Shown here piece after piece: positions 16,687-25,340 of a stretch of DNA of 32,000 bases (its first letter is position 1; each line of letters starts with the position of its first letter). The position numbers were made by a program, and so were the translations under genes. Source of the stretch: Psychrobacter cryohalolentis K5 (GTDB lineage: Bacteria; Pseudomonadota; Gammaproteobacteria; Pseudomonadales; Moraxellaceae); NCBI RefSeq assembly GCF_000013905.1, contig NC_007968.1, positions 9,222 to 41,221 of the forward strand, given 5' to 3'. The notes beneath the pieces were generated by a model. That model searched no databases. It was given only the letters and a program-made list of their open reading frames with translations, and was not told where the DNA came from.

Positions 16687-17061
16687 ATGAGCACCCCTAT
16701 CGTATCATTTAGATTAAAGCCAGAAATCTACCTAAAACTAGAAGCGATAGCCGCAGAAGCAGGGCAAACGCCTGGTGGCTACTTGAAGAAAAAATTGGAG
16801 TCAGATACCAATAACTTTCTTGAAGATCTTCAGTTTATGAAAGGAGATATTAGTGAGATTCTGCACTTATTGCAGTCAGACGATAAAGGATCAAAGGCAG
16901 TAGAGAGCACATCAAATCAGAATGAGATGATGAAGGCTTTGATGCCGATAGTGCTAGAATCGTTATTGATATTAAGAGAGGTAGCAGCCCCTAATAAGGT
17001 TTCCAATGCTCAAAGATTGGTCGATAAAGCAGGAATAAAAGCATACAATAGTTTGGATTAA
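16687..17061 (+). CDS. Ribbon-helix-helix protein (MobC-type relaxosome accessory or ParR-like)
   Basis: The N-terminal IVSFRLKPEIYLKLEAIAAEAGQTPGGYLKKKL shows an RHH pattern. Followed by a strong terminator. Confidence 0.6.
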   Translation: MSTPIVSFRLKPEIYLKLEAIAAEAGQTPGGYLKKKLESDTNNFLEDLQFMKGDISEILHLLQSDDKGSKAVESTSNQNEMMKALMPIVLESLLILREVAAPNKVSNAQRLVDKAGIKAYNSLD

Positions 17062-17077
17062 CAATTAAATGTATATT

Positions 17078-17110
17078 GCCCTTGTATCAGCTGATACAAG
17101 GGCTTTTTTT
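17078..17110 (+). terminator. Rho-independent terminator
   Basis: The GCCCTTGTATCAG/CTGATACAAGGGC 13-bp stem followed by a T7 run. Confidence 0.85.
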
Positions 17111-17517
17111 GAAAAGCTATTTGATAATAAGAGATTGATCCTTGATAGCGTAGTCATAAGAATCACTGGAATTCTAACGATCTTCCGAAGATTTTAGTTG
17201 ATATAAACAATCATGGAACTGTGCAAGCTCATATAAGCCGTCTAAGGAGGTTAAAATTTTTTTACCTAGTAACTTACCAAACGATACTTAGAACCTTATA
17301 GGGAGCTTAATACGATGTTATTAGCTATCTTTGACTAGTGCTTTGATCTCTCTTTTTAAATTATTTGAAATTACTGATATTGGATTCATTATTATTTTTA
17401 CTGGCCTTTTTTTGTCACTCTAATTATTAATAACCAAAAAGGTTTTTAATGTTTTTAAATACTTTTAAAAGCTTTTAGGTGCTCTGAATCAATTGGTATG
17501 AAAGGCCTTTAATGTTG

Positions 17518-17637
17518 ATAAAGCTACGTCTATCGACCCATAAAGCTACGTCTATCGACCCATAAAGCTACGTCTATCGACCCATAAAGCTACGTCTATC
17601 GACCCATAAAGCTACGTCTATCGACCCATAAAGCTAC
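17518..17637 (+). repeat. Iterons: five perfect contiguous 22-bp repeats (ATAAAGCTACGTCTATCGACCC) plus a 10-bp partial sixth
   Basis: Read directly from the sequence. Preceded by an AT-rich tract (17340-17510) and followed by a Rep_3-type gene. Confidence 0.95.
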
Positions 17638-17702
17638 AATTATTTTATTTGTGTAGCTTTATAGAGTATAGTACTTATATTGTTTACTATAGAGAGTATA
17701 AA

Positions 17703-18650
17703 ATGAGTAATAAGCAGTTAATTGCTAAAGACAATAAGTTAATCGGTGCTAGCTACTCTCTTGGTATACCCGAACAGCGTCTTATTTTCTTAGCAATTAT
17801 TGAAGCAAGAGAACAAAAACAATTGATTGATGCTAAAGGTGTTCTGAACATTAGAGCAAAGAGCTATCAAGAACAATTTAAGGTAGAAAAACATACTTCA
17901 TACGATGCATTGAAAAGTGCTACAAGTGGTTTATTTGATGCTCATTTTGAGTATGAAGATATTCATGAAAAAACAGGAAAACAGGCTCGCCATGTCATTA
18001 GATGGGTACAAAAAATAAGCTACATTGATGACGCTGGTATGGTTGAGCTGCAATTTACAGATGCAGTTATTCCGCTAATAACAAGACTTAGCGAGCAATA
18101 CACAGAATATGAGTTAAAACAGGTTAGCGAATTGCAAAGCGAATACTCAATCAGGCTTTATGAGTTAATGATGCAATGGAAGGCAGTTGGTAAAACTAAC
18201 AAGATATCAGTTGACGATCTACGTAGGAAATTAGGTGTTGAGCCCAAGCAATATAAGAAAATGAATAACTTCAAGGCACGAGTTCTAGACCATGCTATTA
18301 ATCAAATAAATGAACATACAGATATTCAAGCTGAGTATGATCAGTATAAAGATGGACGTGCAATTGCAGGCTTTACATTTAAATTTAAAGTGAAGAAAAA
18401 CAAAGTGAAAATTGCTGCCAAAGTTGAAGCTGATAACGTCGACAGGTCTACCATTGAAGGGCTAAACGATAAGCAGTTAGGGCGTATTGCTCGCAATCCT
18501 AGTTTTATAGCAGACTATAATGATTTAGTTAGTTCGACTAGCCCAGCTGGTCAAGATATGAATATGTGGGAATTAGAGATGATTAATCGCCTTAAGAAAG
18601 ACATTTCTCAATTTAAGAAACGTCCAATTAGAGAGTATCTTGAATACTAA
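17703..18650 (+). CDS. rep: Rep_3-family (iteron-binding) replication initiator
   Basis: Starts MSNKQLIAKDNKLIGASYSLGIPEQRLIFLAI, the canonical Rep_3 N-terminus, followed by YSIRLYELMMQW. Located next to the iterons. Confidence 0.9.
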   Translation: MSNKQLIAKDNKLIGASYSLGIPEQRLIFLAIIEAREQKQLIDAKGVLNIRAKSYQEQFKVEKHTSYDALKSATSGLFDAHFEYEDIHEKTGKQARHVIRWVQKISYIDDAGMVELQFTDAVIPLITRLSEQYTEYELKQVSELQSEYSIRLYELMMQWKAVGKTNKISVDDLRRKLGVEPKQYKKMNNFKARVLDHAINQINEHTDIQAEYDQYKDGRAIAGFTFKFKVKKNKVKIAAKVEADNVDRSTIEGLNDKQLGRIARNPSFIADYNDLVSSTSPAGQDMNMWELEMINRLKKDISQFKKRPIREYLEY

Positions 18651-18809
18651 GTCTTAAATGATGAAAAAGTGTATGGTTAAGAGGAAGCTGCAATAATGAG
18701 AGAGCAGCAACGCCAAAAATTGCAAGAGGTAAGAATAGGTAGAACTAACAAGGAAACAGAACTCTAGATTTAATTATTTGGCAACTAAGATCGCTATAAA
18801 GGACCTCTA

Positions 18810-19937
18810 ATGACAGACTTAAATAAAGAAATTGATAAAGCAAGACACAATGTTCGAACAGATAGCTATTCTATGTCTATAGGCGAACTCGCTAGTATGT
18901 ACGAAGATAATGAACTAGAAATACATCCGGCTTTTCAAAGAGTTTTTCGATGGAGTGATGAGCAAAAGAGTAATTTTATAGAATCTATATTCTTAGGTAT
19001 TCCAATCCCTTCTATATTTGTTTCTCAGCGCCAAGATGGCGTTTGGGATTTAGTGGACGGCCTTCAAAGATTATCAACCATTTTCTCTTTTATGAATAAA
19101 CTGAAGGATGAAGAAGGAAGTATTAGAGACCCATTCACTCCTGAGGCAACTAAGTATCTACCATCTCTTAAAGGAAGAAAGTGGGGAACAGAAGATTTAG
19201 ACTCTGCCGACTTACTATCGAACAATCTCAAACTCTTGTTCAAAAGACAAAAGATAGCTGTAAATATTATAGAACGTGAAAGTGACGATGATGCTAAGTT
19301 CGAGCTATTTCAGCGGTTAAACACGGGAGGATCTGCTTTATCTCCACAAGAGGTCAGAAACTGTTTATTGATAATGTTAAACAATCAGGCTTTTGATTTT
19401 ATTCAGGCTTTAACTAAAGATGAATCATTTCAAAAAACAGTCCTTGTTACAGAGGCGAAGGAAGATCAAGCATATTATTATGAACTCGTATTGAGGTTCT
19501 TTATTAACAGACATGCATCTGATGAAATACGATCAAAGCATAGTGATGTACATCCTTATCTTAACAATGAAACAATCCGATTATTTGATATTAACTCAGA
19601 TTTTGAATACAACAAAGAAAGAGAGGTGTTCAAAAATACTTTTGAGCGTATAGCTCTTGCCCTAGGAGATGATGCGTTTAAAAAATACAACCCTCAAAAA
19701 GATAGATATGAGGGGGCTTTTAGCTTACCTGTGTTTGAGGCTATATCTACAGGCATATCGTTCCTAGTAGAAAGCGATGATTATAATGAGGATGCTATAG
19801 TTGTAGTTATAGCAGCTAAGACAAAAGAGCTTATAGATAATAATGATTTTACAAACTCTTATGCTACTCGGATTAGACCTATAGACAGAACTAAGATAAT
19901 GATTGGTATAGGTCGGAGTTTGTTTTGTGAGGATTAG
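18810..19937 (+). CDS. DUF262 (ParB-like/GmrSD N-terminal) domain protein lacking a DUF1524 nuclease half
   Basis: IHPAFQRVFRWSDEQKSNFIESIFLGIPIPSIFV and WDLVDGLQRLSTI (DGLQR at 19056-19070). I see no H-N-H/His-Me pattern in the C-terminal 200 aa. Confidence 0.8.
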   Translation: MTDLNKEIDKARHNVRTDSYSMSIGELASMYEDNELEIHPAFQRVFRWSDEQKSNFIESIFLGIPIPSIFVSQRQDGVWDLVDGLQRLSTIFSFMNKLKDEEGSIRDPFTPEATKYLPSLKGRKWGTEDLDSADLLSNNLKLLFKRQKIAVNIIERESDDDAKFELFQRLNTGGSALSPQEVRNCLLIMLNNQAFDFIQALTKDESFQKTVLVTEAKEDQAYYYELVLRFFINRHASDEIRSKHSDVHPYLNNETIRLFDINSDFEYNKEREVFKNTFERIALALGDDAFKKYNPQKDRYEGAFSLPVFEAISTGISFLVESDDYNEDAIVVVIAAKTKELIDNNDFTNSYATRIRPIDRTKIMIGIGRSLFCED

Positions 19938-20577
19938 AAATCTTGAACAACTGGAAAAATCGATGGTTAGCGACTTAACTTGGCGTAGACGAGAGCTGAC
20001 TACATTGAAGTTCATGATTCAGGAAAATAGCGCTATCCATAAGAAAAATATATTACACAGAGCTGCTATAGCCTTATTGTATTCACATTGGGAAGGACAT
20101 GTTAAACATTGCTCTTTAGTTTATTTGAGTTATCTAAATAGCTTGGGTCTTCACTGTGATCAGATAGCAGATAACTTTATACAACTAAATCTAAGCTCTT
20201 ATTTTGATGTAAATCTTTCAATGAAATCTACAAAGAATCAAAAGGCCATCCATGATTACTTTTCTCGTTTGTCTGATGTTACGTTCAAAGTTGTAGAGAA
20301 TAAAACAATAGACACTAAGTCGAATTTAAACTCTGAGGTTCTTTTAAATATACTCTCGCAATTGGGCCTTCCGAGTAATGAATTTGAGTTGAAGAGTACG
20401 TTGATAGACACAGTTTTGCTAAAAAATAGAAATGCTGTGGTTCATGGAGAGATGTTGAATGCTGATGGCTTGAGAAATACATATAATGAAATAGAAGATG
20501 ATTTATTGTATTTGATCGAAACATTCCATAATCTTGTTAACAGTGCGGCAGCTAATGGTCTCTATCTAAAACAGTAG
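19927..20577 (+). CDS. HEPN-domain protein (RiboL-PSP / MAE_28990-like), predicted RNase
   Basis: GTG start with GGAG 8 nt upstream, overlapping the DUF262 gene by 11 nt. R-x4-H motif RNAVVH at 20428-20445, followed by GE. N-terminal DLTWRRRELTTLK helix. Confidence 0.7.
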   Translation: MRIRNLEQLEKSMVSDLTWRRRELTTLKFMIQENSAIHKKNILHRAAIALLYSHWEGHVKHCSLVYLSYLNSLGLHCDQIADNFIQLNLSSYFDVNLSMKSTKNQKAIHDYFSRLSDVTFKVVENKTIDTKSNLNSEVLLNILSQLGLPSNEFELKSTLIDTVLLKNRNAVVHGEMLNADGLRNTYNEIEDDLLYLIETFHNLVNSAAANGLYLKQ

Positions 20578-20591
20578 CTATCTTTTCAAAT

Positions 20592-21542
20592 CTATGGGGA
20601 GTAAGGACCAAGAAACCTTACTCCATTAAAATGAATGAGATGAGAAGGAGCATCCGCTACCCAAACTTCTGTTTCCCATGCAATTTCACTAAGATAACGA
20701 CCCATTAGAGCTCTATTCGGAAAAGCTGTCACATAAACTAGCCCAGCAGTTGATTCTGAAAACAACTTAGAAAGCTCTTCATATCTTTTTCCGTCAACAG
20801 GTCCATGGCTAGTGACAGACTCAACTAATAACAGCCAGTTTTTTTCAGTGTAGTGCAATACGACGTCAGGCATTTTACCGTGTGAACCTACATCCACATT
20901 CAGTTCTTTCAGTAGCTCTTTGTCAAAATACCCCCACTTTTTCTCTGTGTCACCGGCATAAATCAAGATACTATTTGGTGCAAAACGTTCTGCAAAATCT
21001 TCAATAATATCTTTGATAAGCTCGCTATGAATACCAGGACTCAATGTAATTTCTTTACCATCTGCAATTCTTACAGGAATACGATTTTGCTCTCGCTCTT
21101 TAGCATAACGCTCAACAAGCGATGTACGATCAGCTAAATAGCGTTCTAGGTGGCTGTGCCATGATGTAGTCCCATAAGTGCGAAGCAGGGTCAATACGTG
21201 AGGTTCGATTTGATAAACGGCCTTTGGACTATTGACGGGTCGGTCTGGCTTATCTGGATTATAAAGAGCTATACCTGCATCACAAAACTGATGCATTGTT
21301 TGGCGACGAACTGTTTCCCGTGTGTTAGGAGCATAATCTTTACTGTAATGCTCACGGGCCCAATTCATGATAGGTGTAATTCCCATTAACGGGCTTTTTA
21401 CTTGTGTCCAGCTCTTACCTGGAGAAAGGTCTAGAAGAGCTAATAAAGTTAAGGCTGAGCGTTCATTATATTGTGCAGTAGGTAGACCTAAGCAAGCTAT
21501 AATTTGTAGAGCTGCCTCAATGTGATCATCTTGTGTATTCAT
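20592..21542 (-). CDS. Type II restriction endonuclease, BsuBI/PstI family
   Basis: LGLPTAQYNERSALTLLALLDL...GITPIMNWAREHYSKDYAPNTRETVRRQTMHQF...PDRPVNSPKAVYQIEP matches the BsuBI/PstI N-terminal domain as I recall it. The start overlaps the methylase stop (TAATG). Confidence 0.8.
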   Translation of the reverse strand: MNTQDDHIEAALQIIACLGLPTAQYNERSALTLLALLDLSPGKSWTQVKSPLMGITPIMNWAREHYSKDYAPNTRETVRRQTMHQFCDAGIALYNPDKPDRPVNSPKAVYQIEPHVLTLLRTYGTTSWHSHLERYLADRTSLVERYAKEREQNRIPVRIADGKEITLSPGIHSELIKDIIEDFAERFAPNSILIYAGDTEKKWGYFDKELLKELNVDVGSHGKMPDVVLHYTEKNWLLLVESVTSHGPVDGKRYEELSKLFSESTAGLVYVTAFPNRALMGRYLSEIAWETEVWVADAPSHLIHFNGVRFLGPYSP

Positions 21543-23008
21543 TAAATTAAATCTCTAAATTGAGCATCAATGCTCTCTTGTGTGATATTTTTTTGTTCTA
21601 AAGCCCACTCACCAAGCTTAAATAAATTTTCACGGCTAGGGTACTTCATCTGCTTAAGATCTGTTGCATTGACCTGAGTATGACCACTAAACCGCCTAAA
21701 ATGCTCATCTACTGCGGTAGTGTTCAGGTATACCATAAGTCCACTTGCTAATGCCTCAGGCAAGCCGTTTTTATTGTCGTGGAATACGTTTAAGTGGTTT
21801 TCAAACCCCAGCATCGTGTATTCGCTAAAATCAGTAGGGTTTATCAAGTTTGCAACCATACGACGTTTTTCCTCCTTCGACGAAAAACGTTTCACTACAC
21901 AGTAAAATCCGTTAGGGTAAAGCCATTTCTCTGTATCGTTATTGGCTACGATTGCATTAGATTTTTTAAAGTTAGGTATAGGCCAAGTGGTTTTATATGC
22001 CTTTAAGTGGGCTGGATAAATCAATGGCACAGCCCCTTCTTCAGGCCTATCTCGTAAATACTCTTTCAATCGGAAATCAACTACTGGGCCAGTTGATAGC
22101 TTTATACCAATGTCAGCCATTGAATAACGCACAGCAGATGATAATTCGATGGCACTTTTCTCGGTCGTAGTCTGCACGTGAATAAACCGTTCTGGATCAT
22201 CTGGAAATACTATGCGCTCAAAAGGAATTTCACAGTTAGTTAGGTCAGAAAAACTATCGTCAGTAGAGGTTGAGATAGTAACAGGTCCTTGCTTTCCATC
22301 ACGTTCTAAGCAAATAATGATATTCTCTTGTAGTACCTGATCATCGCTAAAAGCTTTGCTGCGCGATTCAAACAAATGCATCTGATGTATCGCTGCCCGT
22401 TCAAGAATGAAGTCGCGGAAAGGGCGATAATAAGGGCCATTGCAGAAACTGCGTGGAATAATAGCTACCATTTGGCCACCTGGAGCCATCTCTCCCAGCG
22501 CTAATGCTATAAAAGCGGAATATAAATTAACTGTTTCAATACCAACACTACTTAAAGCTAATCGGTGCGCTGATTTACTATTGATTTTTTTATAAGGTGG
22601 ATTCAGAATTACGTGAGTGTAACCTTGATCCTGCAGACCTTTGTCTGTTGCCAGTTTGATGTAATCGTCAGAGAAAATACGAGTTGTCACATGATCGTAT
22701 GAGTTTAGATGCTGACTAAGATAGTTCGTCAGTTTCTTATCGATTTCGAAAGCGGTTACATCAACATCATTAAACCCAAACCCATTGGCCTTCCAACGAT
22801 CAAGGAACGCGCAGGTTAAAGTACCTATTCCTGCGCCTGCGTCTAATAAGCGACAGGTTTTAATATTGCTAGGTGGAAAAAGAGATGCCATAAATCGAGC
22901 TACACTTGAAGGCGTCATAAACTGCCCCAGCTCAGCTTTATGTTTTTGCGTGGTACGACGCGCTAATTTAAGGCGCACACTATCTGCAGTGTCTAACTGT
23001 TGGAGCAT
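21542..23008 (-). CDS. N6-adenine DNA methyltransferase (Eco57I/BsuBI-PstI methylase type)
   Basis: GQFMTPSSVARFMA, motif I LDAGAGIGTL, motif IV NPPY (22603-22592). Confidence 0.88.
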   Translation of the reverse strand: MLQQLDTADSVRLKLARRTTQKHKAELGQFMTPSSVARFMASLFPPSNIKTCRLLDAGAGIGTLTCAFLDRWKANGFGFNDVDVTAFEIDKKLTNYLSQHLNSYDHVTTRIFSDDYIKLATDKGLQDQGYTHVILNPPYKKINSKSAHRLALSSVGIETVNLYSAFIALALGEMAPGGQMVAIIPRSFCNGPYYRPFRDFILERAAIHQMHLFESRSKAFSDDQVLQENIIICLERDGKQGPVTISTSTDDSFSDLTNCEIPFERIVFPDDPERFIHVQTTTEKSAIELSSAVRYSMADIGIKLSTGPVVDFRLKEYLRDRPEEGAVPLIYPAHLKAYKTTWPIPNFKKSNAIVANNDTEKWLYPNGFYCVVKRFSSKEEKRRMVANLINPTDFSEYTMLGFENHLNVFHDNKNGLPEALASGLMVYLNTTAVDEHFRRFSGHTQVNATDLKQMKYPSRENLFKLGEWALEQKNITQESIDAQFRDLI

Positions 23009-23284
23009 ATTAGATCCATTTACTGATCATCAGGTGATACGCAGGCATAGCCTTACGTATAATTTATAATAGGCAGGTATACTAACACTTTTCGACAGTT
23101 CTTCTATAATTACTAGGGGTTGAAGCTGGAAAGCCTCTACCCCTAGTAGTTATAAAATATTGGTTATATAAGCTGTATCAGTTACATTTAGAATTTTCAA
23201 AACCCCCACCAATACTCAAAGTAGAAATATTACGTAAGATTATGAAATAATTACACCTTTATGTAAGTTTTACTATGGAGGAAT

Positions 23285-23761
23285 ATGGATATTAACCTAA
23301 ACCAACTATATCCGATGATACTTAGCGCTGTCGTAGCCCTTATTATTGGTAAACTGTATGAAAAACTACCTGTGCAGGAGGTGTTCACGCTTTTTGGAAA
23401 ATATCAAAAGGGATCTAGACTGAAGGAACTTATCAGGATTAAGAAGTACCGTCTTGATATGCGTCATTATCTGTATGAGCTACAAATAGCTCAAAACTGG
23501 TTTATTGCTTTAATAGTAGTAGCTGTAGTAAATTTTGTCTTTTTGCTGGGGAGTGGTTTCTTAAAGTATCCGCTCTGGTTATTTATGATAGGAATGCTAC
23601 CAACTTATACTATAGAGCTAATATGGCTGAACAAAATAAGCTACGTGGATGACCTTAAGGTTTATCAAAAAGGCAATCCTGAATGGAAAAAACGTAAACA
23701 GCGTAAAGTAGTACGTAAACAACGTGAAAAGCTGAAACAACTAGGACAAAATGGAGCTTAG
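23285..23761 (+). CDS. Hypothetical membrane protein (3 predicted TM segments, Lys/Arg-rich tail)
   Basis: GGAGG upstream of the ATG. Hydrophobic segments and a KKRKQRKVVRKQREKLK tail. A stem-loop (23761-23780) follows. Confidence 0.55.
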   Translation: MDINLNQLYPMILSAVVALIIGKLYEKLPVQEVFTLFGKYQKGSRLKELIRIKKYRLDMRHYLYELQIAQNWFIALIVVAVVNFVFLLGSGFLKYPLWLFMIGMLPTYTIELIWLNKISYVDDLKVYQKGNPEWKKRKQRKVVRKQREKLKQLGQNGA

Positions 23762-24241
23762 CACCGTTCGCAGACGGTGCAGTCCTATTTAGCATAGTTG
23801 ATCAGATCGTATGCAAGAATATACAGAAGGTCAATATTAGCATGCTGAAGTTTATTAGTAGCATAGCAAGATCATATAATGTCATTCTTCTCTTCTTATA
23901 GTTGTCAGGTTCATATGTATTTAACAAAATCAAAAACTCAGTTTTAAGCTTTCTCTTGATATCTTGCTAACATTATGACCATCAGATACAGCGCGGGTTA
24001 GATGATACTGTTCAGGTAGAGGTGCTATCGAAATTTGCTGTAAACTCTACATCGTCAATTCAGATGCATACGCACTATTCATCGTATTTTTTGCTATTAA
24101 CGTTTTAGATGTTACTAAAACAGCTCACCTTTCTATACAAAACTACTCTGATATACCTACCACCATTATGAATGCTAAAAAAATAGGCTCGTATGAGGTG
24201 TTCTAGATAGTGAAGTGACTTCATTTGCCTGAAATTAAGAC

Positions 24242-24270
24242 AAAAAAAGCCCCCAGCTGGGGGCTTTTTC
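24242..24270. terminator. Bidirectional rho-independent terminator
   Basis: AAAAAAAGCCCCCAGCTGGGGGCTTTTTC. Confidence 0.8.
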
Positions 24271-24342
24271 TTCGTGAATTCACTGGGATAAAACCGGTCT
24301 AAAATGATTTAACATAGCATCTCTTATGACAGTAAGTATAGC

Positions 24343-24420
24343 TCCCTAGTGAGGACTTGAACATTAGGCTGTATGCTATTGGTGTTAGTAGCCAAAATTA
24401 TTTATAGCAGCTCAGTGTAC
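24343..24420 (-). repeat. 78-bp element, copy B (inverted partner of 5287-5364)
   Basis: See copy A. The similarity continues (TACACT, 5 nt further out) on the far side of the IS at 25344-25351, so the IS sits inside the extended element. Confidence 0.9.
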
Positions 24421-24423
24421 ATA

Positions 24424-25340
24424 AGACCTCTTGCAAAAGTCATAAGCCAAGCTCGAAATTAACAATACTGGCGAATAGCTTCATTCTAAGATCGTAGCGC
24501 TGACGACGGTTACGATATTTATGAGCCACGATTTTGAACCGTTTGATTAAGCCTATTTTGTGTTCAACCATAATGCGAAACTTAGCGAGATACTGATTGG
24601 CTTGTTTGCAGAGCTCTAACAATTGACCCCCATGTGGCTTTTTAAAGGGGGTGAAGCTCTGTTCATGTAACTTTGCAATGCCCTGATAGCCACTATCTGC
24701 TAGTAATTTAGCATTGTCAGGAAGCCAATAAGGACAAGTGTCTTTATACAGCTTAAAATCGTGAATAGAGCCTTTGGACATTTGAACATCTAATATTAAG
24801 CCTGTTTTCCAGTGGACGATCACTTGCGCTTTTAAGGTGTGTTGTTTCTTCTTGCCGCTATAGTAGTCTCTTTGGTTTTTTTTGGACGCTCAATAGGGGT
24901 TTCGGTTGCATCGACAATGACGACTGACCAATTGATGTCGTCATCGACTCTACTAGGCAGCTTTTTAGGTAATTCAAACTTGCCTGAATTGATAAGAACA
25001 TATTCTACTTTACGAATAATACGGCTAGCAGAAGACTCATGAATACCAAAGTCCATACTGATGTGGTACAGCGTCCGGTATTCACGCCAATAAGTAAGGG
25101 CCAGTAATATTTGCGCCTCAAGACTAAGCACGCTTGGTCTACCTGGTTTGGTCTTTTGGGTTTCATGCTGCTGCTGCATGGCCTCAAGCATTTCATAAAA
25201 AGTCGCTTTATGAATACCTGTATAGCGTTTGAAGCCTGCGTTATTTTGTTCGAGTAGCTTATCTATGTTTGGCATAGTTCTTAGCCAGTTGTGAATGTAT
25301 TAGTTATTGTAAAATCCTCTGCTACTTTTGCAAGAGGTCT
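24424..25340 (-). mobile_element. IS5-family insertion sequence (Harbinger/DDE_Tnp_4-like), 917 bp
   Basis: Perfect 17-bp terminal IRs, AGACCTCTTGCAAAAGT (24424-24440 and 25324-25340). Flanking ATA at 24421-24423 and 25341-25343 is a probable 3-bp TSD. Confidence 0.85.
24440..25275 (-). CDS. IS5-family transposase in two frames joined at an A8 run (programmed -1 frameshift or indel)
   Basis: ORF1 ends ...IVDATETPIERPKKTKE. Shifting -1 at the A8 run (T8 at 24876-24883 on the + strand) gives ERPKKNQRDYYSGKKKQHTLKAQVIVHWKTG..., the continuous motif of this family. Confidence 0.75.

Noticed and set aside
17518-17637. Regular 22-bp repeats that could be mistaken for a CRISPR array
   Set aside because: The repeats are contiguous with no spacers, are identical, and sit between an AT-rich tract and a Rep_3 gene. 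They are plasmid iterons.
18810-19937. DUF262 protein, considered as a GmrSD/BrxU-type type IV restriction enzyme
   Set aside because: I could find no DUF1524/His-Me finger pattern in the C-terminal half. The gene is instead translationally coupled to a HEPN protein.
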